Source: Bryobacterales bacterium (GTDB taxonomy: Bacteria > Acidobacteriota > Terriglobia > Bryobacterales > UBA6623). From it: a DNA stretch of 64,000 nt. Where the stretch lies: the NCBI GenBank assembly GCA_965248105.1, contig CBDFIK010000005.1:120232-184231 (forward strand), read 5' to 3'. The notes under the pieces were generated by a model. That model had not been told where the DNA came from, searched no databases, and saw nothing but the letters and a program-made list of their open reading frames with translations. Position numbers and translations under genes: made by a program. Positions 18,511 through 28,003 of the stretch are shown here, piece by piece. The stretch's first letter is position 1. Every line of letters starts with the position of its first letter.

Positions 18511-19928
18511 TGGAGGCCGCCTTGTTCGAATCGATAACGGATCTAGCGTCCGGTCTCGCCAAGAAGGAATTCTCGTCGCGGGAGCTGACTCTGGCCTATC
18601 TCGACCGCCTACGTCGCTTCGGCCCGCGATATAACGCCTTGGCACACCTCTTCGAAGAGCCGGCCCTGCGGCAAGCCGATCAGGCGGACACGCTTTTTCG
18701 GGCTGGTCGCATCGAAAGCCCCCTGCAAGGTATTCCCTGCGGCGTGAAGGACCTTCTCGCGACAAAGGATACACCCACTTCGTGGGGCGCCGAGCCATAT
18801 CGCCGGCAGCAATTCGACTACGACGCCACGGTCATCCGGAAGTTGGCGGCGGCCGGGGCGGTCCTCATCGGCAAGTTGGCGATGGTTGAGCTGGCCGGCG
18901 CAGGCGGTTATCGCTACGCCACGGCATCGATGCACGGACCGGGCCTTAACCCCTGGAACACCGATCACTGGTCAGGCGGCTCGTCCAGCGGACCCGGCAG
19001 CGCCGTCGCGGCTGGCCTCGTCCCTTTCGCTATTGGCTCGGAGACTTGGGGATCCATCACCACCCCCTCTTCTTACTGCGGGATCACAGGCTTGCGACCC
19101 ACCTACGGACTGGTGAGCCGGCACGGGGCCATGCCTCTTTCCTGGACCATGGACAAGCTGGGGCCAATGTGCCGCTCCGCGGTCGACTGTGCGCTAGTGC
19201 TGGAGACAATAGCTGGAAACGACCCCCAAGACCCTTCTTCCGTAGCGCGCGGCTTCCACCATCGAAGCGAAGCGAAATCCTCTCTCGACACGCTGCGCGT
19301 AGGGTTCTCCGACATCGATTTCCGACATTGGGCACACCCGGCTTCCCGTCCCGGTTTCCAAGACGCGCTCGACGTGTTCCGGGAGATGAAGTTGCGCTTC
19401 AAGCCGATCTCTCTGCCCGAGATGCCCTACGGCGACGCGGCGGAAATCATTATCTCGGCGGAGGGTTCAAGCGTCTTTGAGCCGCTGATCCGCGGCGATA
19501 AGCTGGAAACTCTGGCCGACGAGCGGCAGAAGGCGGGGCTAAGAGCCGGCCTGGCAATCCCAGCATCCGAATACCTCCGAGCCATGCGGATTCGGCGCAT
19601 CGTCCAAGAGAAACTTCGCGATCTCTTTACACAGGTTGACCTCATCGTCTCGCCAACGACTCCAGAGACCGCCTCTCGCCTGGATGAACCATTGGATGTC
19701 GGCCGGCCTCCGCAACTTCCCGACGGCGAGCGGGGCAATATTGACCTATCGGCAGCCGGCAACCTCGCGGGCTTGCCCGCTCTCTCGCTACCTTGCGGAT
19801 TCGGAGCCAGCCGTCTGCCGCTCGGAATCCAACTCGTCGGGCGCCCCCACGAAGAACACACGCTGCTCCGGATAGGCGAAGAATTTCAGAAACGCACCGA
19901 TTGGCACCGCCGCAAACCGCCGATCTAA
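18510..19928 (+). CDS. amidase (amidase-signature family, Ser-cisSer-Lys)
   Basis: GVKDLLATKD and the GGSSSGPGSAVAAG signature. No signal peptide of its own. Confidence 0.9.
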   Translation: MEAALFESITDLASGLAKKEFSSRELTLAYLDRLRRFGPRYNALAHLFEEPALRQADQADTLFRAGRIESPLQGIPCGVKDLLATKDTPTSWGAEPYRRQQFDYDATVIRKLAAAGAVLIGKLAMVELAGAGGYRYATASMHGPGLNPWNTDHWSGGSSSGPGSAVAAGLVPFAIGSETWGSITTPSSYCGITGLRPTYGLVSRHGAMPLSWTMDKLGPMCRSAVDCALVLETIAGNDPQDPSSVARGFHHRSEAKSSLDTLRVGFSDIDFRHWAHPASRPGFQDALDVFREMKLRFKPISLPEMPYGDAAEIIISAEGSSVFEPLIRGDKLETLADERQKAGLRAGLAIPASEYLRAMRIRRIVQEKLRDLFTQVDLIVSPTTPETASRLDEPLDVGRPPQLPDGERGNIDLSAAGNLAGLPALSLPCGFGASRLPLGIQLVGRPHEEHTLLRIGEEFQKRTDWHRRKPPI

Positions 19929-20014
19929 TACCTGGAAGCAACACACCGAAGGCAACACTTCATGTCGGCGATCAACCCTATGATATGATGCGCCCTTGAA
20001 CGAGGCGAAAGACC

Positions 20015-20974
20015 TTGGCTGATTTTGCAATTGGCGTTGACCTTGGCGGCACGAATTTGCGCGCTGCGGCGATCACGCGTGACGGCGCCCTGCTCGAAGA
20101 CTTCCAAGTTGCCACCGAAGCCGCCGCCGGACGCGACAAAGTCACTTCAAACATCATCACGGGCATTCGGCAAGTGCAGGCTGGCCACGGCGGCGACAAG
20201 CTACTGGGCATTGGCATAGGCGTGCCGGGCTTGATTCGCCTAGAGGAGGGCGTCATCGTCGCCTCACCGAACCTGCCGGGGTGGGAAAACTTTCCCCTTA
20301 GAGACAAGCTGGAGGGTGAGCTTGGCTGCGCGGTCATTCTCGAGAACGACGCCAACGCGGCGGCACTGGGAGAAGTCTGGTTAGGCGCCGGCCGGGACGT
20401 TGACGACCTGGTCCTGCTGACGTTAGGGACCGGCATCGGCGGCGGCGTCATCAGCGGCGGCAAAGTGCTCCACGGCCAAGACGGGATGGCGGGCGAGCTG
20501 GGTCATATCACCGTCGAATCCCACGGGGGCGCGCTTTGTGGCTGTGGAAACTACGGCTGTGTCGAAGCCGAGGCCTCCGCCACGGCGGTGAGGCGCATGG
20601 CCGAAGAAGCGATCGCCGCGGGCTCGTCCCCCGCACTAGCCAAACTCGCGGAATCTCATGGAGAAATCAGTGCCCGCCTCGTCGACGCAGCCGCGCAAGA
20701 TGGGGACGCCGAAGCCATCCGTATCTACGAGCACATGGGCGAGGCGCTGGGACGCGCGCTCGCCAACCTCGTGAACATTTTCAACTTCCCTCTCTACCTA
20801 CTGGCCGGCGGAGTCTTAGCCGCGTGGGACCGCTTCGCTCCTGCAATGTTCCGAGAAGTCAAGAAGCGATCGTACACGTATCGTCAAACGAACACCCACA
20901 TCGAAAAAGCCCAATTAGGCAACAAGGCGGGACTTTATGGCGCCGCCTACCTCCCAATCCAGCAATCGCGCTAG
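20015..20974 (+). CDS. ROK-family glucokinase
   Basis: IGVDLGGTNLR ATP-binding motif and the ROK zinc motif CGCGNYGCVEA. Confidence 0.85.
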   Translation: MADFAIGVDLGGTNLRAAAITRDGALLEDFQVATEAAAGRDKVTSNIITGIRQVQAGHGGDKLLGIGIGVPGLIRLEEGVIVASPNLPGWENFPLRDKLEGELGCAVILENDANAAALGEVWLGAGRDVDDLVLLTLGTGIGGGVISGGKVLHGQDGMAGELGHITVESHGGALCGCGNYGCVEAEASATAVRRMAEEAIAAGSSPALAKLAESHGEISARLVDAAAQDGDAEAIRIYEHMGEALGRALANLVNIFNFPLYLLAGGVLAAWDRFAPAMFREVKKRSYTYRQTNTHIEKAQLGNKAGLYGAAYLPIQQSR

Positions 20975-21092
20975 TCCGGGCGTGCTGGATAGCCGCGAAT
21001 GAAGGCTGCAAGAGACCGCACGAACAGCCCGTGGCAACCGTCCGGGGGACAGGCATTTCTGCCCCTCCAGCCCGTGAAATCAAACGTCATCA

Positions 21093-21644
21093 TTAGTGAC
21101 CTAAAATCCGCCGGCTCTCGCCTGCTGTAAAGCGACTTTGCGAGAGGTCCTGGTCTGCATTTCTCACAAATGCGTTGTTGTCGTTTTTCTTTCCAGTTTT
21201 GCCATCCCGGGGCCTCACCGCTTCCGAGTTCGCTGTGGCAGAGCGAATGCGCTCCCCGGCCCAGCTCGGACTCGACTCAGATCTTACCGCCGTGGTGCTC
21301 CACCGCCTTTCGGCAGATCGCCAGGCCGATCCCCGAACCCCCGTACTCGCCTCGACCGTGCCCAAAGCTTCGTCACTCAGACCCGTCAGGACTACGACCG
21401 CAATGTCGGGAGCCTTAGCTCGAACAGCGTCCAGCGTCTGGAGCCCTTGGCTGTCCGGGAGCGAGAGGTCGAGAAGAACTCCCGAGAAGTTGCCGTTTTC
21501 CAGTTGCGAGAGCCCCTCGGAGAGCCGATCAGCCGCGTCAATCTCGAACAAACCACTCTTCACGTCAGACAGTTGCTCGCGGATCAGCCGAGCCTGAGCC
21601 CGGTTGTCTTCGATCAGCAGGATTCGAGTGCGTCCTCCGCTCAC
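21093..21644 (-). pseudogene. decayed response-regulator/histidine-kinase hybrid gene
   Basis: The first ~95 aa form a normal REC domain (ILLIEDN..., [20 protein letters not shown]). Another frame then reads [37 protein letters not shown], which is the G2 box and tail of HATPase_c with TGA where Trp is expected. HisKA and most of the ATPase domain are missing. Confidence 0.6.
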
Positions 21645-21809
21645 CGTTCTCCGTTGGTCGGCAGCTCGACTACCCAGCGTACGGGAAGAACCTAATCCGC
21701 CTATGGGGGAAGATCGGCACGCGTCCGGAACGCTTTAGCGGTATGTACTGTGTCGTATGGCGTCGTTCCACAGTTCAGCTGACAGGTCAACTCCGCTCCG
21801 CGCGATAGA

Positions 21810-22670
21810 ATGGGATATATGAAGGCGCCATTTGCCGACGCTGATCGAACCGCGGTAGTGGAAGGCGTGAACCTTCACCTCGCCCATCCCGACGAAATCC
21901 CCGTGCGCTGGGTCGGGCAGGAGGAGTTGATGCACCAGTTGCACGCGGCCTGGCTGACCATTCACGAACACGACGTGCCGATGACACCCCGTCTGCTGGG
22001 CAAACCCGGTGTCGGCAAAACGACGCTGGCGTATGCCGCGGGCAAAAGCCTAGGACGCGAAGTCTACATCACGCAGGCCACGCTCGACACCCGTCCCGAG
22101 GACCTGCTTATTACGCCTGTCATTGAAGGCGAAGGCCGCCTGCGCTATGTCGCCTCCCCTCTCGTGACGGCTATGCTCCGTGGCGGGGTGTCGATCCTCG
22201 ACGAGGGCAACCGGATGAATGAAAGAAGCTGGGCCTCGTTGGCTCCTCTCCTCGACGACAGACGCTACGTCGAGTCGATTGTCGCCGGGGTCAAGATTCA
22301 CGCCAGCCCGGACTTTCGTATGGTCGCCACCATGAATGACGACGCTTCCACGTTCGAGTTGCCGGAATACATCCACTCCCGCCTGCAGCCGCAAATCGTC
22401 ATTGATTTCCCCGAACGTGACGAAGAGCGCCAAATCCTGAAAGAAAATCTGCCTTTCGCCGACGACGAAGTGCTCGATTACGTCACCGATTTCCTGCAGG
22501 CGTCCCACGCGGCCGACGAACGTTACACCGCGCGTGATGGCATCAACATCGGACGCTTTGGGATGAAGCTGAGCGCAAACAGCAACAAGCCCGAAAAGAC
22601 CCAAGCTCTCGAAACCGCCATCGTCCAGACGTTGGGCCGCGAGGCGTTACGCTATGTCTCCCGGGGCTGA
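21810..22670 (+). CDS. MoxR/AAA_5-type AAA+ ATPase
   Basis: 286 aa with Walker A GKPGVGKTTLA and Walker B SILDEGNR. Single AAA+ module of the CbbQ/NorQ/MoxR style. Confidence 0.85.
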   Translation: MGYMKAPFADADRTAVVEGVNLHLAHPDEIPVRWVGQEELMHQLHAAWLTIHEHDVPMTPRLLGKPGVGKTTLAYAAGKSLGREVYITQATLDTRPEDLLITPVIEGEGRLRYVASPLVTAMLRGGVSILDEGNRMNERSWASLAPLLDDRRYVESIVAGVKIHASPDFRMVATMNDDASTFELPEYIHSRLQPQIVIDFPERDEERQILKENLPFADDEVLDYVTDFLQASHAADERYTARDGINIGRFGMKLSANSNKPEKTQALETAIVQTLGREALRYVSRG

Positions 22671-24570
22671 CTCAGCCTCCGTGCGCCGCGGCAACATCCG
22701 CTATTTCCCCGTCGTGCCCGGCTGCATGGAGTTCGCCGAACACCTGCGCCGAGGATTACTCGAGGAAAAACCGCAGGTCGTGGCGGTTGAGCTCCCCGTA
22801 ACTTTGGAGACGGCCTTCCAGCGAGCGGTGGACCGGCTGCCGGAACTTTCCGTCATCATCTACGAGGAAGATAAGAAGAAAGACCGCGCCGTCTACCTGC
22901 CCGTCGAGGTCAGCGACCCCTTTGTGGAAGCCTTGCGAACGGCTCGCGAAATCGGAGCGCAGAGCGCTTTTCTTGACCCCGACATCGCTGTACGGCCCCA
23001 TGTGGCGGAGATCTATCCCGACCCCTACGCTGTCGCGCGCCTGGGGCCGGCACGCTACATCGATTCCTACCGCGGGTGCCGTCGCACCCAGGTAGGCGAT
23101 TGGACCGTCCACGCCCAAGGGTTGGCCTCGAAGCTCCAGGCCATTGACCCAGGCGCTTCCACGTGGGTCGTCGTATCGCTGAACCTGCTCGACCCGTTGC
23201 TGAATGCCATGGAACACCCGCAGGTTCAGCCCTTGCGCAAGGTCCGCCGCCGAGGGATTCAAGTGCTCAACTTACACCCCGAGTGTTTGTCGGAGGTGCT
23301 GACCGACTTCCCGTTTCTACAAGCGGTGTATGAAAGCCGGCGAAATGGCGAAGCGCCGCCTCCGCCGCCCGACCCCACGACGAGGCAGGTGCGGGGTTTC
23401 TCTGTGATCGGCGGCCCGCGGGAAAATCCCAGCCTGGCGGCTATCCGGCGCGGGGCTCGAAACTCGCTGGAACGCCAGCGCTTGCACTTTCAGCTCTTCG
23501 CCGAAGCCGAACGTCAATACGAAAGAAATACCGGCGAGCGAATCACCCACTGGCAGCGACGGCTCTGGTCCCGCTACAGCCGCAACCTGGCTCTCATCCA
23601 ACAGCAACTCGTTGGCGGGCTGTTTGATCTAACCGCGGCGGCTCGCTCGGTCGTGGACGACAACTTTGCTTGGGAAATGTGGGAGATGGGAGGCTCCTAC
23701 CCCCAACAGAAGATCAAGACCGACCTGGCCACGGTGAAGGTTTCGGGCGACCAATTGTGGCTCAACACGCGTCGCATCCATATACGCCGCAGGCTTCCTA
23801 GAAAGAAGATGCGGCGGCGTCCGATCGGCCTGAAAGGGCGCAAGAAAGAGCGCTTTCCCGGCGAGTGGCAGATGCACTGGAAGGGCAACTCGATTTGTTC
23901 TTACCCGCCCGAGGATCTGGTGATCGAGAACTATGGCCTGTTCCTCAAAAAGAAGGGCAAGGGTATCCTTTCCGAGGAACGCTCCCACAGCGAGCCTTTC
24001 ACGACGTCTTTGCTGGATGGCATTGACTTGCGGGAAACCATGCGCAACTGGCATGAGAAAAAGATCTACGTCCGCTCCCTGCAACGCGTCTCGGGCGAGG
24101 TGGGCGCCGTGGTCCTCATCTTCGACGAAGACCGCGACAATCGCTACCCCTATTGCCTGACCTGGTTGGGCGAGCACCAGAACGAGTCGGACATGGCGTT
24201 CTACGCCACGAATCCCTACGAGAACACGGTTGGTCCCGGCATTGGGCGCGCCGAATATGGCGGCTTGTTGCTTACGCTGCCCTCTCAACGCATGATGGAT
24301 GTCTGGACAGACATCGACTACTCCTTCGCCGAGACCAAGCCGGAACGGCTGCTGATGGCCGCACTCGATTATTCGCTCGATCGCCTCGTCGTTTACGTCG
24401 CAAGCCGCCCACCGCGATCGATTTTCCGTACCATCGCCGGACGCCTAGGACGAAAGATCATCTACATTCCCCTCGGCCGGCTCTCCCCCGTCGCCTTGAA
24501 AAAGATCCGCGTGATGCACCTGCTCGATAGTCATGACACGCGCGCTGTCGCCAAAGACTACATTTGGTAA
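22654..24570 (+). CDS. uncharacterised 638-aa protein coupled to the AAA_5 ATPase
   Basis: The start overlaps the ATPase gene by 17 nt. No motif was recognised with certainty. The N-terminus (..IRYFPVVPGCMEFAEHLRRGLLEEKPQVVAVELP..) is reminiscent of the TraB/ChaN/DUF5682-type N-terminal layout. Confidence 0.75.
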   Translation: MSPGADSASVRRGNIRYFPVVPGCMEFAEHLRRGLLEEKPQVVAVELPVTLETAFQRAVDRLPELSVIIYEEDKKKDRAVYLPVEVSDPFVEALRTAREIGAQSAFLDPDIAVRPHVAEIYPDPYAVARLGPARYIDSYRGCRRTQVGDWTVHAQGLASKLQAIDPGASTWVVVSLNLLDPLLNAMEHPQVQPLRKVRRRGIQVLNLHPECLSEVLTDFPFLQAVYESRRNGEAPPPPPDPTTRQVRGFSVIGGPRENPSLAAIRRGARNSLERQRLHFQLFAEAERQYERNTGERITHWQRRLWSRYSRNLALIQQQLVGGLFDLTAAARSVVDDNFAWEMWEMGGSYPQQKIKTDLATVKVSGDQLWLNTRRIHIRRRLPRKKMRRRPIGLKGRKKERFPGEWQMHWKGNSICSYPPEDLVIENYGLFLKKKGKGILSEERSHSEPFTTSLLDGIDLRETMRNWHEKKIYVRSLQRVSGEVGAVVLIFDEDRDNRYPYCLTWLGEHQNESDMAFYATNPYENTVGPGIGRAEYGGLLLTLPSQRMMDVWTDIDYSFAETKPERLLMAALDYSLDRLVVYVASRPPRSIFRTIAGRLGRKIIYIPLGRLSPVALKKIRVMHLLDSHDTRAVAKDYIW

Positions 24571-24616
24571 CGAACGTTCTGTCGGAGGAGTTTCGCTCGA
24601 ATCTTTGGTATTGTGA

Positions 24617-27600
24617 GTGTCAGATAGCGGGCGCTCTTATTCCGTTGCTCCGGAGAGGCTTCGCACGTTGCCTATCAGAAGCAGGCCTGATTCGATTACA
24701 GTGAGCTTCCTCGGGACGTCCACCGCCCGCGAACTGGTTCTCCTTCTGTGCGGGGTCCTGCTGCTTTTGCTCCCGAGTCGACTTCCTGCCCAACCGACAA
24801 CCGAACAGATCGAGTTCTTCGAGTCGGCGATCCGTCCGCTCTTGGCGGAGCATTGCTACCAGTGTCACAGCCGGAAAGCGAATCCCGTCTTTGCGGGATT
24901 GCGGCTCGACAGCCGTTCGGATCTCGAAAAGGGAGCGGATTCGGGACCTGTCGTCATTCCAGGAAAACCGGAGGAGAGCCGGCTAGTCGAAGTCGTACGA
25001 GGCACGGGCGCACTTCAGATGCCGCCGGCTGGCAAGTTGTCCGCGGACAAGATTGCCGCCTTGGTCAAGTGGATCGAGATCGGAGCTCCCTGGCCCGACG
25101 AGAAAGCGCTGCTCAGTGCTAAACCGGGCAGCAAGTTCGACCTCGAAGCTCGCAGAAGCGAACACTGGGCTTGGCAGCCTGTTCGGGCAGTCGCGTCCCC
25201 GAGGGTGGAAAACGATGCTTGGGTGCGGAATGAAATTGACGCTTTCGTCTTGGCCAAGCTCGAGGAGAAGGGACTCCGACCGGCGAAACAGGCTGCCCCG
25301 GAAACGCTTCTACGGCGGCTGTATTTTGACTTGATCGGACTACCTCCATCGCCGCAAGAGGTTGAAGCGTTCATCGCCAATCCGTCTCAGAATGCCTACC
25401 AGGCAGTCGTCGACCGGCTTCTGGCGTCAGAGCGCTTCGGGGAACGCTGGGCGCGGCACTGGATGGACCTGGTCCGCTACAGCGAGTCGCACGGGATGGA
25501 AGGGGACCCGGATATCCCTAGTGCGTGGCAGTACCGCGACTACTTGATTCGCGCCTTCAACGCCGATCTACCCTACGACCAGCTCGTACGCGAGCATATC
25601 GCCGGCGACCTTTTAGAAACCCCTCGCTACAATCGGCGCGACGAGATTAACGAGTCGATCTTGGGACCGGCCCACTTCCGAATGGTGGAGCACGCCTACC
25701 TCCCCTTGGACCCGTTGGAGGACCGCGTCAAATACATCGACAACCAGATCGACGTTTTTTCAAAGGCCTTTCAGGGCTTGACCGTATCTTGCGCGCGCTG
25801 CCACGACCACAAATTCGACGCCATCAGCCAAAAAGACTTCTATGCGCTGTTCGGGATCTTCGCCGGCGGCAGGCCGGCGCAGATCACGATCGACGCCCCG
25901 CGGCGGCAAAGCACACACCGCGAACGTCTTGCCGAGCTGAAGCGCCGGATCAAACAGGGCCTGGTGGAAGCGTGGCTTGAGGCGGCAGAGAGTCTCTCTC
26001 AGACCCTACTCTCGGGTGAGTGGACGGACCGCGCGTCGGACGAGACATACTGCGATGACACCAGCCCTTTGCATGCCTGGTTCACTCTCTCAAAAAGGGA
26101 GGGTGAAAAGTTCCGAACGGGCTGGGACCGGCTTGCAGCTTATTGGGATAAGGAGTTAGAGCGCCGCCGATCGTTCAATGCCGAAGGAAACAAGAGTGTC
26201 TGGAAGCTTGACTCCGACGGTTATCGCGGTTGGCTGCGCCAGGGTCCTGGTTTGGGCGACAAGCCTTCCGCGGGTGGTGAGTTCTCCCTAGTCCCCGAAG
26301 GCAAGCGAATCATCAGTGGAATCTATCCCCGTGGGGTCTACACGCATCTGCTCAGCCGGAAGCACGGGGGCGTTCTCTCTTCGCCGCGCTTCACCATCGA
26401 CACCGACTACATCAGCTTTCGGATCTTAGGGGGAAACTTCAGCTTCGCCCGGCTGATCGTAGAAAACTATCCCCTGCCGCGAGCCATCATCTACGACTTC
26501 AGATTCAGCCCCAAACAGGACCGGATGCAGCGGGCGGGTTGGGATATCAGTTATTGGAAGGGGTCTCGCGCCTACCTCGAGTTTGCCACGCTCGACGATC
26601 TGACGAATTTTGAGTTGGATCCGCTCGATAAGCTGAAGGACCCGAAGCCCGAGCCCCGGCGCGACGGACGGTCTTACTTCGGTGTAAGCCAAGTGGTTTT
26701 CCACGACGATAAGCAACCGCCCGCCGAAGAAATCGTACCGATTCAGCATCTGCTCGGGGGGGAGGCGCCTGGGGGACCGGAAGAACTTGCTGCTCGGATC
26801 GGCCTCCGATTGCAGGATGCGATCGGGGCTTGGCGGGACGGCGGGCTGACCGACCAACAGGCAGCGTTCCTCGACGATTTCGTTCGCAAAGGACTGCTGC
26901 CCAACTCGCTCGCGGAACTTGCCGCCATCCGCTCTCTGGTCGCCGAGTATCGGAAACTGGAGGCGGACATCCCCGTGCCCCGCCGCGCCCCAGGGCTGAT
27001 GGAAGAAATCACCGCGGATCAACCGCTTTTGATTCGCGGGAACCACGAGAACCCTGGCGACCCGGTCCAACGCCGATACCTGGAGGCACTTAACGGCAAA
27101 CCCTACGACGACCCCCGAAAGGTTCGGCTGCGCCTGGCCGACGAGGTGGCGAGTCCCCGAAACCCTCTGACTGCCCGCGTGATGGTCAATCGGATCTGGC
27201 ACTACCTGTTTGGGCGGGGGATTGTCGAGACGGTGGACAACTTCGGAAAGCAGGGGCGAAGGCCGACGCACGCCGCGTTGCTGGACTATCTCGCGAGCAG
27301 GTTTGTGGACAGCGGCTGGTCGATAAAGGACGTGATTCGGTCAGTGGCGATTTCGCGCACGTACCAAATGAGCAGCCGGCCCTCGAAGACGGCTCGACGG
27401 ATCGACCCTTCGAACCGCTGGTTGCAGCACGCCAATGTCCGCCGGCTCGGGGCCGAGGCGATTCGCGACTCGATCCTGGCGGTGTCCGGGGGCCTTGACA
27501 CGACCATGTATGGCCCCTCGATCCCCGTCTACTATGCGCGCGAAACCGGAAAGGCGCTCCTCGACAGGCCGAAGGGACCGCTCGACGGGAACGGGCGGCG

Positions 27601-28003
27601 GAGCGTCTATCTCGAAGTGCGTCGCAACATTCACAATCCCTTCCTCGAAGTTTTTGACGCCCCGAAACCATCTACCACCCGGGGAAAGCGGGACATCACG
27701 AATGTTCCCGCCCAGTCGTTGACTCTCATGAACGATCCCTTCGTCATCGAACAATCGGCGCATTGGGCGAAGCGGCTGGTGGCCCAGGGAAGGGCGTCAT
27801 CCCGTGAGCGGATCGGGCGGATGTTTCTGGAAGCACTGGGGCGGAGACCGTCAGCTGTCGAAGTGCGAAAATCGAAGAGATTCTTGGCCGACCTCCGAAA
27901 ACAGCATCAGCTCGCCGCGAGGGACTGGCGAAACCAACCCCGGATCTGGCAAGATTTAGCTCAGGCGATGTTCAATTTGAAAGAGTTTATTTACCTTCAG
28001 TGA
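24617..28003 (+). CDS. PSCyt1 + DUF1549 (PSCyt2) + DUF1553 (PSD1) domain protein
   Basis: 1128 aa with an N-terminal TM/signal segment, the heme motif CYQCH, NEIDAFVLAKLEEKGL...LIGLPPSPQEV (DUF1549) and CARCHDHKFD (DUF1553). Confidence 0.9.
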   Translation: MSDSGRSYSVAPERLRTLPIRSRPDSITVSFLGTSTARELVLLLCGVLLLLLPSRLPAQPTTEQIEFFESAIRPLLAEHCYQCHSRKANPVFAGLRLDSRSDLEKGADSGPVVIPGKPEESRLVEVVRGTGALQMPPAGKLSADKIAALVKWIEIGAPWPDEKALLSAKPGSKFDLEARRSEHWAWQPVRAVASPRVENDAWVRNEIDAFVLAKLEEKGLRPAKQAAPETLLRRLYFDLIGLPPSPQEVEAFIANPSQNAYQAVVDRLLASERFGERWARHWMDLVRYSESHGMEGDPDIPSAWQYRDYLIRAFNADLPYDQLVREHIAGDLLETPRYNRRDEINESILGPAHFRMVEHAYLPLDPLEDRVKYIDNQIDVFSKAFQGLTVSCARCHDHKFDAISQKDFYALFGIFAGGRPAQITIDAPRRQSTHRERLAELKRRIKQGLVEAWLEAAESLSQTLLSGEWTDRASDETYCDDTSPLHAWFTLSKREGEKFRTGWDRLAAYWDKELERRRSFNAEGNKSVWKLDSDGYRGWLRQGPGLGDKPSAGGEFSLVPEGKRIISGIYPRGVYTHLLSRKHGGVLSSPRFTIDTDYISFRILGGNFSFARLIVENYPLPRAIIYDFRFSPKQDRMQRAGWDISYWKGSRAYLEFATLDDLTNFELDPLDKLKDPKPEPRRDGRSYFGVSQVVFHDDKQPPAEEIVPIQHLLGGEAPGGPEELAARIGLRLQDAIGAWRDGGLTDQQAAFLDDFVRKGLLPNSLAELAAIRSLVAEYRKLEADIPVPRRAPGLMEEITADQPLLIRGNHENPGDPVQRRYLEALNGKPYDDPRKVRLRLADEVASPRNPLTARVMVNRIWHYLFGRGIVETVDNFGKQGRRPTHAALLDYLASRFVDSGWSIKDVIRSVAISRTYQMSSRPSKTARRIDPSNRWLQHANVRRLGAEAIRDSILAVSGGLDTTMYGPSIPVYYARETGKALLDRPKGPLDGNGRRSVYLEVRRNIHNPFLEVFDAPKPSTTRGKRDITNVPAQSLTLMNDPFVIEQSAHWAKRLVAQGRASSRERIGRMFLEALGRRPSAVEVRKSKRFLADLRKQHQLAARDWRNQPRIWQDLAQAMFNLKEFIYLQ

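Noticed and set aside
21093-21644. Calling the 183-aa ORF an intact single-domain response regulator
   Set aside because: Sequence after residue ~95 is not REC-like. An alternative frame carries a histidine-kinase G2 box and tail, so it is treated as a pseudogene.
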